A stretch of 63,829 nt of DNA, filler included, from Chiloscyllium plagiosum (GCF_004010195.1; 7 parts of one record of this genome joined end to end with filler, not necessarily neighbours in it), one strand, 5' to 3'; positions 26,402-40,588 are shown, numbered from the whole stretch's first letter. Notes: a model not told the origin generated them from the sequence alone. Translations and numbers: made by a program.

Positions 26402-27165
26402 GTAAGAATTTAATTTCATTTACACTATAAACTGACGTCACATGGATTATTAGATGTTCCATAAATCTTTATGTAATGTCTAAATACCAAAGCAGTGTTT
26501 GGATGTTAGATTTCCGTTTTATTTCTTATAAGAAAGAAGTTATTGAAGGGATTTGAAGAAATAAATTTTTTGTAAATTTAATTCCTTCTCCTCTGTCAAG
26601 TCTTTATACTATGAGTGCAATTTAACAAATTGTGAACTTTGCAAGGAACCTTCCCTCCTGTGAGTACATATCTAGAAATTGTAGAAATCATTGGTGACAT
26701 CTTCTGCTCAGCAGCAATGCAGTGATTTCCACTGACATGCTGTCTAAGTTGCTGCAGCTATCATGGACAGAAATGGTGGATAAGAACAGCACAGAAGACA
26801 TGTCCCATTTTATTTTGTATCTGCTGGCTGTACTCTAGTTTATTACTCTCTGTCTCTTCATATATGTCATTAATTAGATTGGAAGCAGTTGAATCCCAGC
26901 ACTGATCCTTGCAACATTCCAATAGTCAGAGCCAGCCAGCTTAAAAATGCCTGTTTATGCCCACACTTTGCCTCCTGTTCATTAAGCAATCCTCTGTCAA
27001 TGCTAATACGTTACCACTGACTCCATGAGCCCTGATCTTATTAATGTTTTATATGGGACCTTATCAAATGCCTTTTGGAAATCGAGAACTATTATTATAG
27101 CTGCTGGAACTCCTTTACTTAGCCGACCACCAATCTCCTCAAAAATCTTCAATATGTTTTTTTTT

Positions 27166-27469
27166 TAGATTAGATTACTTACAGTGTGGAAACATGCCCT
27201 TCGGCCCAACAAGTCCATACCGCCCCGCCGAAGCGCAACCCACCCATACCCCTACATTTACCCCTAACCTAACACTACGGGCAATTTAGCATAGCCAATT
27301 CACCTGACCTGCACATCTTTGGACTGTGGGAGGAAACCAGAGAACCCGGAGCAAACCCACACAGACACGGGGAGAACGTGCAAACTCCACACAGTCAGTC
27401 GCCTGAGGCGGGAATTGAACCTGGGTCTCTAGCGCTGTGAGGCAGCAGTGCTAACCACTGTGCCGCCCA
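27166..27469 (-). mobile_element. HE1-like SINE
   Basis: Same consensus. Confidence 0.9.
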
Positions 27470-27931
27470 ATGTTTGTCAATAGGATTTCTCTTTGGTAAA
27501 GCTACGTTGACTTTTTCTGATTATACTAGGCAGTAACTGCATTGTTAAGAATTCCTTAATAATTGTTTTTAACGTTTTCCCAATGGCAGTATTTATTGTC
27601 CATATCCAGTTTCCCTAGAGAATCATAGAATTCCTACAGTTTGGAAAGAGGCCTTCAGCCCAACAAGTCCACACCAACCTTCTGAAGAATAACTTACCCA
27701 GACTCATTCCCCTATCTTATATCGGTGTTGGTAACCCACCATCTTGATCTGCTGCCATGTAATTTAAGTATTTTCTTTGTGTTGTTCGGGAAAATGTTTC
27801 AGGACTTTGACCCAGTATAGTGAAGGAACATTAATATGGCTGCAAGCTGTGATGGCTTGTGACTTGGAGGGGAATTTGCAAATGGTGATGTTCCCAGGCA
27901 TCTGATGCCCTTATCCTTGTAAGTGGTAAAG

Positions 27932-28040
27932 ATGAGAGTGTGGTGGTAGAAAAGCACAGCAGGTCAAGCAGCACCCATGAAGCAGGAGAATCAACGTTTC
28001 GGGCAAAAGCCCTTCATCATGAATGATCTTCACTTTCTCC
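27932..28040 (-). mobile_element. Short PLE terminal fragment with a small inverted piece
   Basis: TSD TAAGTGGTAAAG at 27920-27931 and 28041-28052. Confidence 0.8.
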
Positions 28041-28608
28041 TAAGTGGTAAAGGTCGCAGGTTTCGATGGTGCTCTCAATACTTGTAGACTTGCAATACAT
28101 ATTACCAATAGATAATCTCCTGTGGCATAAGTGTGAGTTCCTGCCAAAATGAGTTAGAGATCTACGCTGAAGTCTCTGCATGTCTCATTCTGTTGCAAGT
28201 TTGAATTGCTGTGACAAAGTCTTTGGAGGTAGTGGGAAGAATTCAGGTGCAGCACTACATTAAGAATTCAGAAGGCAACAAACTTTCTCCAGCCCCAATT
28301 GATTATGGTGAACTTGATAAGAAACCGAGTTATGAAGTGCAATGCCAGTATCCCAGCTAAAAGGTACTAAAGATGTACAAGTTACACTGTTGAAAGTTAC
28401 ACTCATTTTAGCTTTAAAGAAATTTTGACCAGCATCAGCTTTTCCAGGTGGATTTGTAAGGGAGGGCTTAACGTTTTGTAGATTCTGACTGGGACTGTGG
28501 AATAGACAGAAGTGAAATAAAGCATTCATTTTTGTTTTGTTTCACCCAACTTCAACTCGTGGTCTCTCCATATAATTCTCGTATGTTTTCTTTTATGCCT
28601 TTTTTCAG

Positions 28609-28695
28609 CTGGTTGGAGTGGATGTGATAGCTGCACTTGACATGTATGTTGAACGAGGACAATGGGAAAAATGCATCGAAACTGCTAATAAGCAG
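28609..28695 (+). CDS. ift172: IFT172 internal coding exon ([29 protein letters not shown])
   Basis: tttttcAG acceptor, GTAGAA donor; 87 nt, phase 0->0; continues the previous exon in the IFT172 sequence. Confidence 0.96.
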
Positions 28696-28939
28696 GTAGA
28701 ACAGAAAAACCTTTTTGAGAATATTTTCTATATTATTGACCAAAATTTCGTGCAGTGTGGTAAATATTACATTTCCATCTTTAATTTTTTAAAACTCTTT
28801 TTGGCATTTAATTTTAACAAATAAAAGTGCTAGTTTATTTATATGATGTGAAATTCTCTTTATATGAATAACCTTTAGTTGAAGGAACTAGTAAGTATTT
28901 TATTACAGGATAGTGCTTTTTAAAAGCATTGACGTATGT

Positions 28940-30742
28940 TACCTTAGCAGGGATGACAGTGGAGGAACAATGGCGGATATTTCTGTGTATAATGCAGAAG
29001 TTGCAGGATCAGTTCTTTCTAAAAAGGAAGACAGATCCTAGGAGGAGGCATGGGTGGCCATGGCTGACGAGGGAAGTTAAGAAACATTTAAGTTAAAAGA
29101 GAAAAAGTATAACATAGCAAAGATAAATGGGGAAAAAAGTGGGCTGGGAAGCTTTTAAAGAACAACAGAGGATTACTAAGAAGGAAATACGCAGAGAAAA
29201 AATGAGGTACGAAGGTAAACTGGCCAAAAATATAAAGGAGGATAGTTAAAGTTTTTTTAGGTACGTGAAAGACAAAAAAATGGTTAAGACTAAAATTGGG
29301 CCCTTGAAGACAGAAACAGGGGAATATAGTACAGGGAACAAAGAAATGGCAGAAGAATTGAATTGGTACTTCAGATCTGTGTTCGCTGGGGAAGACACAA
29401 GAAATCTCCCTGAGGTAACAGTGGCTGAAGGACCTAAACTTAAGGGAATTTATATTTGCCAGGAATTAGTGTTGGAGAGACTGTTAGGTCTGAAGGTTGC
29501 TAAGTCCCCGGGGCCTGATGTACGGAAGGAGGTGGCTCGAGAAATCGTGGATGCATTGGTGATTATTTTCGATAGATTCGGGAGCAGTTCCTGCGGGTTG
29601 GAGGGTGGCTAATGTTGTACCACTTTTTAAGAAAGGTGGGAGAGAGAAAGCAGGAAATTATAGACCAGTTAGTCTGACCTCAGTGGTGGGAAAGATGCTG
29701 GAGTCTATTATAAAGGAAGAAATTACTGCACATCTGGATAGTAGTAACAGGATAGGACAGAGTCAGCATGGATTTATGAAGGGGAAATCATACTTAACTA
29801 ATCTTCTGGAATTTTTTGAGGATGTAATTCTGAAGATGGATGAGGGAGATCCAGTAGATGTAGTGTACCTGGACTTTCAGAAAGCTTTTGACAAAGTCCC
29901 ACACAGGAGGTTAGTGAGTAAAATTACGGCGCATTTTTTTGGGGGCAAAGTACTAGATTGGATTGAAAATTGGTTGGCTAATAGGAAACAAAGGGTAGTG
30001 ATAAACGGCTCCACTTCGGAATGGCAGGCAGTGACCAGTGGGGTACCGCAGGGACCCGTGCTGGGACCACAGCTTTTTACAATATACATTAATGATATAG
30101 ATGATGGTATTAAAAGTAATATTAGCAAATTTGCTGATGATACANNNNNNNNNNNNNNNNNNNNNNNNNNNNNNNNNNNNNNNNNNNNNNNNNNNNNNNN
30201 NNNNNNNNNNNNNNNNNNNNNNNNNNNNNNNNNNNNNNNNNNNNNNNNNNNNNNNNNNNNNNNNNNNNNNNNNNNNNNNNNNNNNNNNNNNNNNNNNNNN
30301 TGAAAGACTGGAGTGACTGGGCTTGTATACCCTTGAGTTTAGTAGACTGAGAGGGGATCTGATTGAGATGTATAAGATTATTAAAGGATTGGACATTCTG
30401 GAGGCAGGAAACATGTTTCCGCTGATGGGTGAGTGCTGAACCAGAGGACACAGCTTAAAAATATGGGGTAGACCATTTAGGACAGAGATGAGGAGAAACT
30501 TCTTCACCCAGAGAGTGGTGGCTGTGTGGAATGCTCTGCCCCAGAGGGCAGTGGAGGCCCAGTCTCTGGATTCATTTAAGAAAGAGTTGGATAGAGCTCT
30601 CAAGGATTATGGAATCAAGGGTTATGGAGATAAGCCAGGAACAGGATACTGATTAAGGATGATCAACCATGATCATATTGAATGATGGTGCAGGCTTGAA
30701 GGGCAGAATGGCCTACTCCTGCACCTATTGTCTATTGTCTAT
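28940..30742 (+). mobile_element. CR1 RT and 3' end spanning a gap
   Basis: ORF 29605..30303 [26 protein letters not shown]; (ctattgt)n tail. Confidence 0.92.
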
Positions 30743-31369
30743 TACCCAAGGTAGATGGTTTACACAAAAATGAAATAAGCTCTTGAGGAAAGTATGTCAT
30801 GAGAGTAAATGTTTTATAACTGTAAATGTATCTTCTGAGCAGACTCATCCCATAAAATAATAATAAGGATCCCAGTTTATGCTAGTTTTACTCACATTAT
30901 TGTCATACTATTATAATGTAATTCTGCTAATTAAGCCGTGCAATATTGAACTCGTTTTTCAAAGATTTTAAGAAATGAGGCAGCAATACTATTTTTATTG
31001 CAATTTAATCTTTATTGAGGTATCAATGTTTTAATTCCATCAGCTCCTGTAGCCATTTTCTCGATTCCATTTAAAGTGATATGGGAGAGTGTACATCCTG
31101 TCATATTGTAAAATAATTTCACAAAAATGGGTAGTTGCATACAGTGAAAATGATTAGAGCTGCTTCACATTATTCCTCAAGTAAAACCATTCATTCAAAT
31201 GACCCTACTATTTCATTCAACTTTTGTATGATGAGTCCAGGAAAGGAATAGATAATTATAGTGTTTGAAGGCCTGTTGTCTGCCTTATCTGGGAGGAGGA
31301 TAGCATCCAGCGAGAGCACTGAGATGTCACAGTCATGAGCATTTTCAAAAAAGTGAACAAGTGGTAACT

Positions 31370-32840
31370 ACAGGGGAATCTTCCTGTTGTCGACCATTGG
31401 AAAAGCCATTGTCAAGGTCCTCTTCAACTGTTTCCTCCTTATGACTGAGGAACACCTCCTGGAATCACAGTGTGGCTTCTGCCCATGGAGAGGCACATTT
31501 GACATGATTTTCATTGTGTGAAAGCTGCAGGAATAATGTTGAGAAAAGAACCTATCCCTGTACATTGCCTTTGACACCATCAACCAGGATGTATTATGAA
31601 GCATTTTTCTCTGCTTTGGCTGCAGTACAAAGTTTGTCACCATCCTTTGCCTGCTCCATGATGACATGGAAGTCATGGTAATGACAAATGGCTCCACCAC
31701 TGACCCATTCCCTGTTCGGACCGGTATCAAACAAGGCTGTGTCATCCCCTCACACTATTCTCAATCTACCTTGATGCAATGCTTCATCTCACCCCGACAA
31801 ACTTCCTGCTGGAGTGAAGCTAACCTACAGAACTAGTGGGAAATTATTCAACTTCCACTATCTCACTACCTCGACCCAAAGTCACCCCATCCACTGTCAT
31901 CAGGCTACAGCACATGCACATGTGCAAATTCGGAATACAAACTCCAGACCATCTTAACGAAGGTCTCACCCTGAACATCCGCAAGACAAGAGTCCTCCAC
32001 CAACTTGGCCAGGCATTGCAGAGCAAACTCCCCATCATCAAAGTCCACGGGGAGGCTTTAGAAAACCTTGACCATTTCTAATACCTTGGGGGTGTTTTGT
32101 CAATGAAAGCAATTATTGATGAAGAGATTCAGCACTGCCTGCAGTATGCTAGCGCAGCCTTCGGTCACCTAAGGAAAAGGTTGTTCGAGGTCAACATCAA
32201 ATTCGACATCAAGCTCATGGTGTACAGAACTGTGTTGGTTCCCACCTTCCTATATGTCCCTGAGACATTGACTGTTTACAGCAGACACCTCAAGGCAGTG
32301 GAGCAGTATCAGCGATGTTGCCTGTGCAAGAACCTGTGAATCTGCTGGGAAGACAGACACACCCCAATACCAGTGTCCTCAAGCAGGCCAACATGCCCAG
32401 CATTGAGGCACTGATCACCCTTGAGCAGCTGGGATGGGCTGGGCATGTCATCTGTATGACTGACAGGAGACTCCCCAAGTAGGTACTCTACTCGCAGCTA
32501 TGAAACCGCAGGCAAGCCCCAAGTGGATAGAGGAGAAGCTTCTGGGATACTCTCAAGGCCTTGCTGTTGAAGTGCAGAATTCCCACTGACACCTGCGAAT
32601 CACTGGCTTTAACCATCTGAAATGGAGGAGGAGCATCCAAGAAGGCGCGAGTACCTTCAGACTTGCTGTCGAGGGGAAAATGGAAGCAAAGCAAAAACAG
32701 CATAAGGAATGTGCCACCCATCACCATCTTTTGCCCCAAGTGTGTTAGAGTCTGCAGAAACCACATCAGACTGTATAGCCTTCCACCCTGAGAGTGAAAG
32801 GGTGTCATCCTTGTTTGCGAGGGACCACCAATGATGATAA
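31370..32840 (+). mobile_element. Decayed RTE-clade LINE (RT and 3' region)
   Basis: NYRGIFLLS..GK, ESQCGF, TDPFPVRTGIKQGCV, IDEEIQHCLQYASAAFGHLRKR; many stops. Confidence 0.8.
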
Positions 32841-33041
32841 CATAAGCCAGTTGAGCTAATTCTCTTGTTTCTATTCTATAAGTTGTGTAATGTTCCAGAT
32901 CTATATATAAGCCAGAAACTAAGTAGGGCCAGAAACTTTGATTTGTACCTGCATGTGTGAAATACTAAAGTTTTCTACATTAATTTTCTAATAGCTGTGA
33001 CTGTATACTAAATCCTGCATTAACTGTCCTATCTGTTTTAG

Positions 33042-33158
33042 AATTACAAAATTCTCCACAAGTATGTGGCTCTATATGTTACGCACCTTATCAAAGAAGG
33101 TCATACTGAAAAAGCCTTAAGTCTGTATGTTCAACATGGTGCTCCTGCCAATACACAA
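33042..33158 (+). CDS. ift172: IFT172 internal coding exon ([39 protein letters not shown])
   Basis: gttttAG acceptor, GTAAGT donor; 117 nt; matches IFT172 [20 protein letters not shown]...HGAPANPQ. Confidence 0.96.
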
Positions 33159-33624
33159 GTAAGTGAAATCAAAGAAGAACTTAGTCATCGTACATTTTTT
33201 CAATTATTATCTTGTGATGTGTTATTGAATGAGTTGTTGTTGTAAAAGTCATATCTATTCAATTCTGAAATAATATTTTAAGGGATTGCAGGTTCCATAT
33301 GAATACATGAAAACCCAAGTTTAAAATATTTAGGACTATGAATGAATATTAGAGATTTGTTGAGCCAAATAATCCTCAACTGTTTGCTACAAATAGTCGC
33401 ATTCAGCAATAGTAGGAAGCAGTAAGCTTGGATAATGGAAAATAAGAATCAAGTTTTCAGCCCAAACATATAGTGCAGAAAGAGAAATGTGAACTTTACC
33501 TCTCTGCACCTAAAAGAAACTAGATGGAACAAGAGTTAAAATTCAAGCAGTGCACATGCATCTCCTTCGCTGGCTCTTGACTATTTGATTCCAGCTATAG
33601 CCAAAAGATGAGATGTAAATTGAG

Positions 33625-36600
33625 ATCCTATGATGTGCACTCCCAGTGCTACGAGCTAGTGAGGGCAGGAATAGGAGGATAGAGCAGATGAATGCATGGC
33701 TGAGGAGCTGATGGATGGGAGAAGGATTCGCATTTTGGGATCATTGGAATCTCTTTTGGGGTAGAAGTGACCTGTACAAGAAGGACGGATTGCACCTAAA
33801 TTGGAAGGGGACTAATACACTGGCAGGGAAATTTGCTAGAACTGCTTGGGAGGATTTAAACTCGTAAGGTGGGGGGGTGGGACCCAGGGAGATAGTGAGG
33901 AAAGAGATCNNNNNNNNNNNNNNNNNNNNNNNNNNNNNNNNNNNNNNNNNNNNTTAATTAATTAANNNNNNNNNNNNNNNNNNNNNNNNNNNNNNNNNNN
34001 NNNNNNNNNCAGCCTATGCTCCCAACTTATGCTTCTCAGATCCTGTCTTACAGCATCGTATTTACCCTTCCCCCAATTGTAAAACCTACCCTGTTGCACG
34101 CACCTATCTCTCTGTATAACGAAGGTGAAAGTCACAGAATTGTGGTCACCATCACCAAAATGTTCACCCACTAACAAGCCCATCACCTGTCCCGGTTCGT
34201 TACCAAGTACCAAATCCAATATGGCCTCCCCTCTGGTCGGGCAATCTACATACTGAGTTAGAAAAGCTTCCTGGATACACTGCACAAACATCGCCCCATC
34301 CAATCTACTTGATCTAAAGAGCTTCCAATCAATGTTTGGGAAGTTGAAATCACCCTGACTACTATCCTGTGGCTTCTGCACCTTTCCAAAATCTGTTTCC
34401 CAATCTGTTTCTCCACATCTCTGCTGCTATTGGGGGGGCCTATAGTAAACACCCAATACTGCACCTTTCCTATTTCTGACTTCAGCCCATACTACCTCCA
34501 AAGGCAGATCCCCCTCGAACTGCCTTTCTGCAGCCGTTATACCATTTCTAATTAGCAACGCCACCCCCCCTCCTTTTTTACCACCCTCCCTAATCTTAGT
34601 GAAACATCTGTAACCAGGAACCTCCAACAACCATCCCTGTCCCTCTTCTATCTACGTTTCCGTGATGGCCACAACATCATAGTCCCAGGTACCGATCCAC
34701 GCCTTAAGTTCACCCACCTTATCTCTGATACTCTTTGCATTGAAATATACACACTTGAGCCCATCTCTGTGTCCGCAAGTACTCCCTGTCAGTGCTACCT
34801 TCTCCACAACCCCCCTACATTCTTGGACATCCTGACAATCAGCTAGCCTATTTGCTGGACTGCAAGTCCGGATCCCATCCCCTGCCAAATTAGTTTAAAC
34901 CCCCCCGAAGAGTGCTAGCAAACCTACCTCCCAGGATATTGGTGCCCTTCTGGTTCAGGTGCAACCCGTCCTGCTTGTACAGGTCCCACCTTCCCCAGAA
35001 TGCAGTCCAATTGTCCAAATACCTGAAGCCCTCCCTCCTACACCATCCTTGCAGCCACGTGTTCAACTGCACTCTCTCCCTATTCCTTGCCTCACTGTCA
35101 CGTGGCACCGGCAACAACCCAGAGATGGCGACTCTGTCCATCCTAGCTTTTAGCTTCAAACCTAACTCCCTGAGCTCCTGACCTCCCCACCCCTCTTCCT
35201 ACCTATGTCGTTGGTGCCAATGTGCACCACGACTTCTGGCTGCACACCCTCCCCCTTAAGGATTCTGAAGACACAGTCCGCGACGTCTCGGACCCTGGCA
35301 CCCGGGAGGCAACAAACCATCCGAGAGTCTCACCCGTGTCCACAGAACCGCCTGTCCGTCCCTCTAACTAAAGAGTCCACAGAACCGCCTGTCCGTCCCT
35401 CTAACTAAAGAGTCTCCTATAACTAGCGCTCTCCTCCTGTTCCCCCTTTCCCTTCTGAGCCTCAGAGCCGGACCTCGTGCCAGAGACCCGGTCACTGCAG
35501 CTTACCCCTGCTAGGCCGTCCCCCCCAACAGTATCCAAAGCGGTATACTTATTGTTGAGTATATTCATTTCCCAAACCCTGTCCACTTGAAACCACATTT
35601 CCGTTATCCCCACAATATCGTAACTGCCAATTTCTAATTGAGCCTCAAGCTCATCCATCTTATTTCTCATGCTTCATGCATTCATATATAATATTTTTAA
35701 GTTGTTACTGCTTGCTGGACTATAATCCCCCTTCCTATCGATCCCTATTTCACTCAACCTTATGGCATGATCCCTTTTTGAGTTTTCTGCTCCATTGATA
35801 CCGTTGTCTTCCTTGACTTATGTTGTTCTAACTTTCCCTTCAATTTCCTTCTTAAACTTCCAGTTGGTTCCCCCCCCCCGGCTATTTAGTTTAAACGCAG
35901 CTGTGTTGCAGTGGCAAACCTGCCTGCCAGAATGCTGATCCCCCACCTATTAAGGTGCAACCGTCCCTCTTGTATAATTTATCCCTACAACAAAACATAC
36001 CCCAGTGTTCCAAGAATTTAAATCATTGCTTCCTGCACCAGTTCCCCAGCCACACATTCAAGTCCATTATCTCCCTGTTCCTGGCTTCTCCAACCCGAGG
36101 AACTGGAGGCAAACCAGAGATAACCACCCTGGATCTCCTGCTTTTCAGCTTTCTTCTGAGTTCTCCGAAGTCCCGCTGGAGGATGTTCCTTCACAGTAAG
36201 CTCCTTTATCAAGTCTACCTCATTGCACATTACTAAATCCAAAATTGCCTGTTCACCAGTGGGGTCCACCACAAGCTGCCCCATAGAGCCATCTCATAGA
36301 CATTCCACAAATTCCTGTTCTTGCAATCCATTACCAATCTGATTTTTCCAGTCCACCTGCATTTTGAAATCCCCCACGATCACTGTAACCTTGCCTTTCT
36401 TTTTCAATCTCCTGGTGTATCTTGTGCCCCAAATCCTGACTACTGTTTGGAGGGCTGTACATAACTCCCATGATGGTTTATTTTAACCTTTGCGGTTCCT
36501 CAACTCTACCCAGATTCACAATATCTGACCCTACTTCGTTTCTTCCTATTAATTAAATTTCATTTCTTACTAATAAGGGAACCCACCCCTCTGTGCACCT

Positions 36601-37460
36601 GGCTGTCTTTTTGAAAAGATATATATCTGTGAATATTTAGCACCCAGTCCTGATCCCCTTGCAGCCATGTATCCATGATCCCCACCGCATCATACCTGCC
36701 AATTTCGATCTGCGCCATAAGCTCATTTATCTTATTTCGTATACTGTATGCATTCAGATACAATGCCTTCAGTCCTATATTGATCGTCCCTCTTCTCATT
36801 GCCATTTCTTTGTCCAATGTGCTTGAAGTTTGATTCCTAACCCTTTTGAAACACTGTCCTCTTTTTGTGTTCTCAAAACTTTAATAACCTCTACTGAGTT
36901 CTTCTGTCTTTTCATTTTTTTCAGAGTTTTCATTGCAGTAGAATCCACCCCCACAGATGTTGAGACTGCTACTTTGTTTCCCATTGGCCATTATACTTCT
37001 TGGAGTTTTACCCTTCCCTTCCCCCCAACTTTATCATTTAAAGTTCAGGTGGAGACTGTTCCAGTGGTACAGATCCCTCCTGTTCCTATACTGGTGCCAG
37101 TGCCCCATGTAAAGGAACCCTTTTTTACTGCACCACTCTTTTAGCCACGTATTTACTTCTGTTATTCTCGTATCACTTATGCCAATTTGCACATTGCTTG
37201 GGCAGTAATCCGGAGATTGTAGTCCTTGAGGGCTTGTTCTTTAATTTAGTCCCTAATTCCTGATAATGCCTAAACAGGCTCTCTTTCTTAGTCTTGCCTG
37301 TGTTGTTTTATCCAGATATAGACTACAACAACTGGATCCTCCCCTTCCTTCTCCAATATCCTTCTAGGCCGGTCAGAGATGTCCCTCACCCGGCAGGCAA
37401 CATACCAAACGGGACTCTGTATCCTGCATACAAAGGATGCTATCTATTCCTCTAATTATA
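33625..37460. mobile_element. Stacked CR1 5' fragments (esterase ORF1/endonuclease): + before the gap, - after it
   Basis: ISGLLPVP...WCRREGF...DGLHLN SGNH esterase (34890..35159); DVVAITET and GDFNFP endonuclease motifs. Confidence 0.88.
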
Positions 37461-37599
37461 GAACACATGCTGCTCCTCGCCCACCAAACTAGCTTTGTAT
37501 CTGGCTGCAATGGCAATTAATTTTGAAGATTCTGTCCTCCAGTTTCAACTTGTTTCCTTCCAAGACTTGTCTGTGCTTGCAATCTCACACCTTATTATC

Positions 37600-38320
37600 A
37601 TATGGTAGACATATACAGCACGGAAACAGACCGTTCGGTCCAACATGTCCATGCCAACCAAATATCCTAAATAAATCTAGTCCCTTTATCAGCATTTGGC
37701 CCCTATTCTTCTAAACCCTTCCTATTTGTATACCCATCCAGATGCCTTTTAAATGTTGTAATTGTACTAGCTCCCACCACTTCCTCTGGCAGCTCATTCC
37801 ATACATGCACCACCCTGTGCATGAAAATGTTGCCCCTTAGGTTCTTTTTAAATCTTTCCCCTGTCATCTTAAACCTATGCCCACTAGTTTTGGACTTCCC
37901 CACCTTGGGGAAAAGATGTATTTTTATCCTATCCATGCCCCTCATGATTTTATAAACCTCTATAAGGTCACCTCTCAATCTTTGGCGCTCCAGGGAAAAC
38001 AGCCCCAGCCTATTCAGACTCTCCCTATAGCTCAGACCTTCCATACCTGGCAGCATCCTTGTAAATCTTTTCTGAACCCTTTCAAGTTTCACAACATCCT
38101 TTTTATTGCAGGGAGACCAGAATTGCACGCAGAATTCCAATTGTGGCCCAACCAATGTCCTATGTAGCTTCAAAATGATCTCCCAACTCCTGTACTCAAT
38201 GCAGTGACCAATGAAGGCAAGATACCAAACACCTTCCTCACTATCCTATCTACCCGTGACTCCATTTGCAAGGAACTATAAATCTGCACTCCAAGATCTC
38301 TTTGTTCAGCAACAGTCTCC
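37600..38320 (-). mobile_element. CR1 3' end
   Basis: ORF 37703..38173. Confidence 0.88.
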
Positions 38321-38360
38321 AGTTGTGTAATACTTGAATCTGCCTATTTGGGAACAGCAA

Positions 38361-38490
38361 CATTCCTGATGAAGAGCTTATACTCGAAACGTCGATATTC
38401 CTGCTCCTCAGATGCTGCCTGACCAGCTATGCTTTTCCAGCATCACACTCTCGGCTCTGATCTCCAACATCTGCAGTCCTTACTTTCTCC
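38361..38490 (+). mobile_element. Solo PLE terminal fragment
   Basis: Homologous to 3740-3864. Confidence 0.8.
38366..38393 (+). ncRNA. Hammerhead-like motif with a compensatory change in stem II
   Basis: CTGATGA-A-GAGC(TTAT)ACTC-GAAAC-GTC; GAG/CTC replaces the GGG/CCC of other copies. Confidence 0.6.
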
Positions 38491-38711
38491 CTATTCAGTA
38501 ACTGCTCCCTAATAAGATCATACATATACTATTCCCATCCCCTCTGTCCGATAATGAAGTCGGACCTATTTAAGGTGTGTCACTGTATCTAAGATATGGT
38601 AGATAGCACTCCTAATGTAACACTTCCAATTCTGTGGCCTGTTTTGTCTTGATTTTCCCTGTAGATGAATACAGTGTATCAATTTTGGAATGTATTTTTG
38701 TAATGTTCTAG

Positions 38712-38831
38712 TGTGAAAATCTGGTTAAATCTTCGGAGGCCAGTTCTCCTGCTCATGAAGAGTTTGAGCAGATGCTGCTGATTTCCCACTATTATGCTAC
38801 TCGTGCGGGGTCACTGGGAGTCAACCAGCTG
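38712..38831 (+). CDS. ift172: IFT172 internal coding exon ([40 protein letters not shown])
   Basis: ttctAG acceptor, GTAAGA donor; 120 nt; matches IFT172 [18 protein letters not shown]...HYYATR. Confidence 0.96.
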
Positions 38832-39506
38832 GTAAGATTGTGTTACTGTATGATAACCTTAATATAGTGTTTATCAAAATTCATATATTACTACATCCTG
38901 ACACATTAAAAAGTCACTTTTCTTTAGTTCAGGATATGCTGCTTTGTTGTTAAACAATTTGACTTGTAACATCCCAACCTTCCCATATGAAGCATCATCT
39001 TTATACTAAAATACAGATGATTTTTATAGCTGTAAAACCAAATTAGCAATTGTCTGCAGTGTCTATTATGGAATTGTAATATATAAATTAACAAAAAGAA
39101 ATCCAATAATCTATCAGTGGTTTAATTTTTGCTTTTCATAATGTCAGTTTAACACTTTCTATGCTCTTGATTGACTCTGAAATGGAAAATTTCAGAACTG
39201 AAAGAACTGTGGATGCTGGAAATCTGAAACAAAAACAGAAGTTGCTGGCAAATCTCAGCAAGTCTAGCAAGATCTGTGAAGAGAAATCAGAGTTAAGATT
39301 TGTCCAGTGACCCTTCCTCAGAATCTTCAGTTCCAGTAATTTCTGTTCTTGTGGAAAATTTCAGTGTGTTCAATGATAAAATACAATTGAAGAATTGTTT
39401 TGTTCGCAGGTAGTCTGATTATTATGTTTGTTTAGAGTAATTGAATTTTTTAGAATCTATTTAATCCATTGAATGTCTCAACATTTTCAATGATTCCTGA
39501 TTTCAG

Positions 39507-39602
39507 GACATGGTTGCGGCAAAATTATCTATCTCCTTGCTGAGGCATACAGACATCATCCCTGCTGACAAAGCATTTTATGAGGCTGGCATGGCAGCTA
39601 AG
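39507..39602 (+). CDS. ift172: IFT172 internal coding exon ([32 protein letters not shown])
   Basis: tttcAG acceptor, GTATGT donor; 96 nt; overlaps ORF 39510..39701; matches IFT172 LSVSLLRHT...DKAFYEAG. Confidence 0.96.
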
Positions 39603-39859
39603 GTATGTATTCTATTTTTACCTACAACTACTTCTATTGCAGGTGCACTATGTTGTAGGTTGCTGCAAATCAGTAGTTCTCATAATAAACTTGAAAAATG
39701 AAAGTAATAAATACTGGATGCATAAAACTTCTTAACTGGGTACTCTAGAAAATTTTATACTGTGAACTGAAACTGCACTAAAACACTTTTTTCTGAAAAT
39801 TCAGTTATTTTTTCCAGTAAAGGAGAGAACAGTATATTGCTTTTAAATTGGAAGTCACA

Positions 39860-40080
39860 GGAGGTGCCAGTGTTAGACTGGGATGGACAAAGTCAGAAGT
39901 CTCACAACACCAGGTTATAGTCTGACAGGTTTATTTGGAATCACAAACTTTCAGAACACTTCATCTGGTGAAGGAGCACTGCTTCAAAAGCTTATGATTC
40001 CAAATAAGCCTATTGGACTATAACCTGGTATTGTGTGACTTCTGACTTCATCCACCCCAGTCCAATACTGGCACTTCCAC
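39860..40080. mobile_element. Short palindromic repeat of a third family, centred on a degenerate hammerhead-like motif
   Basis: ~100-bp imperfect inverted arms; centre ctggtgaaggagcactgcttcaaaagct; related copy at 62840-62990. Confidence 0.7.
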
Positions 40081-40588
40081 GTCATGACTATTAATTTTCT
40101 GCTAGATACTGACTCAATTTAAATAAAGGCCCAAATCTTCTGGGCTCTGGACCTTAAGTGACAGGACATATTCCATGAGGAATTTATTGGGACCATATGG
40201 AAGTCTGGATGCACTGACTATGCATGAATTGTGCTGGATGTTTAACCCTTCATCAGGAACTCTCCAAAAAGTTTTTAGCTTTTTTAGTAAGAGTCAGAGA
40301 TTTTGGAGAGATCCTACTCACTTATCTGGATAATTATCCAGGAAATGTTATAGTTCTTGGGTAATGACACATGGGAATTTCCACTACAAACACCCTTGCC
40401 AGCCCCAAACTCCCCAATGTCCAATCTGGCAGCCTCTGAAGGAAGAACTGTAGCAGGTCACAAAACTGGTTGGAAATATCAAGGTATCCTTTCAAATTTT
40501 TTACTTGAAGTTTTTATGTCCATACAACTTTGTTTACCAACTACACTTCAGTGAACTAAAAGGTCATTTTATTTCCATAATAAAACAG

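Noticed and set aside
35339..35415. ~38-bp tandem duplication within CR1 ORF1
   Set aside because: Ordinary slippage or assembly overlap inside a dead element
40322..40435. 114-nt minus-strand open segment with AG/GTGAGT boundaries
   Set aside because: No recognisable homology and no supported partner exon; compatible with chance
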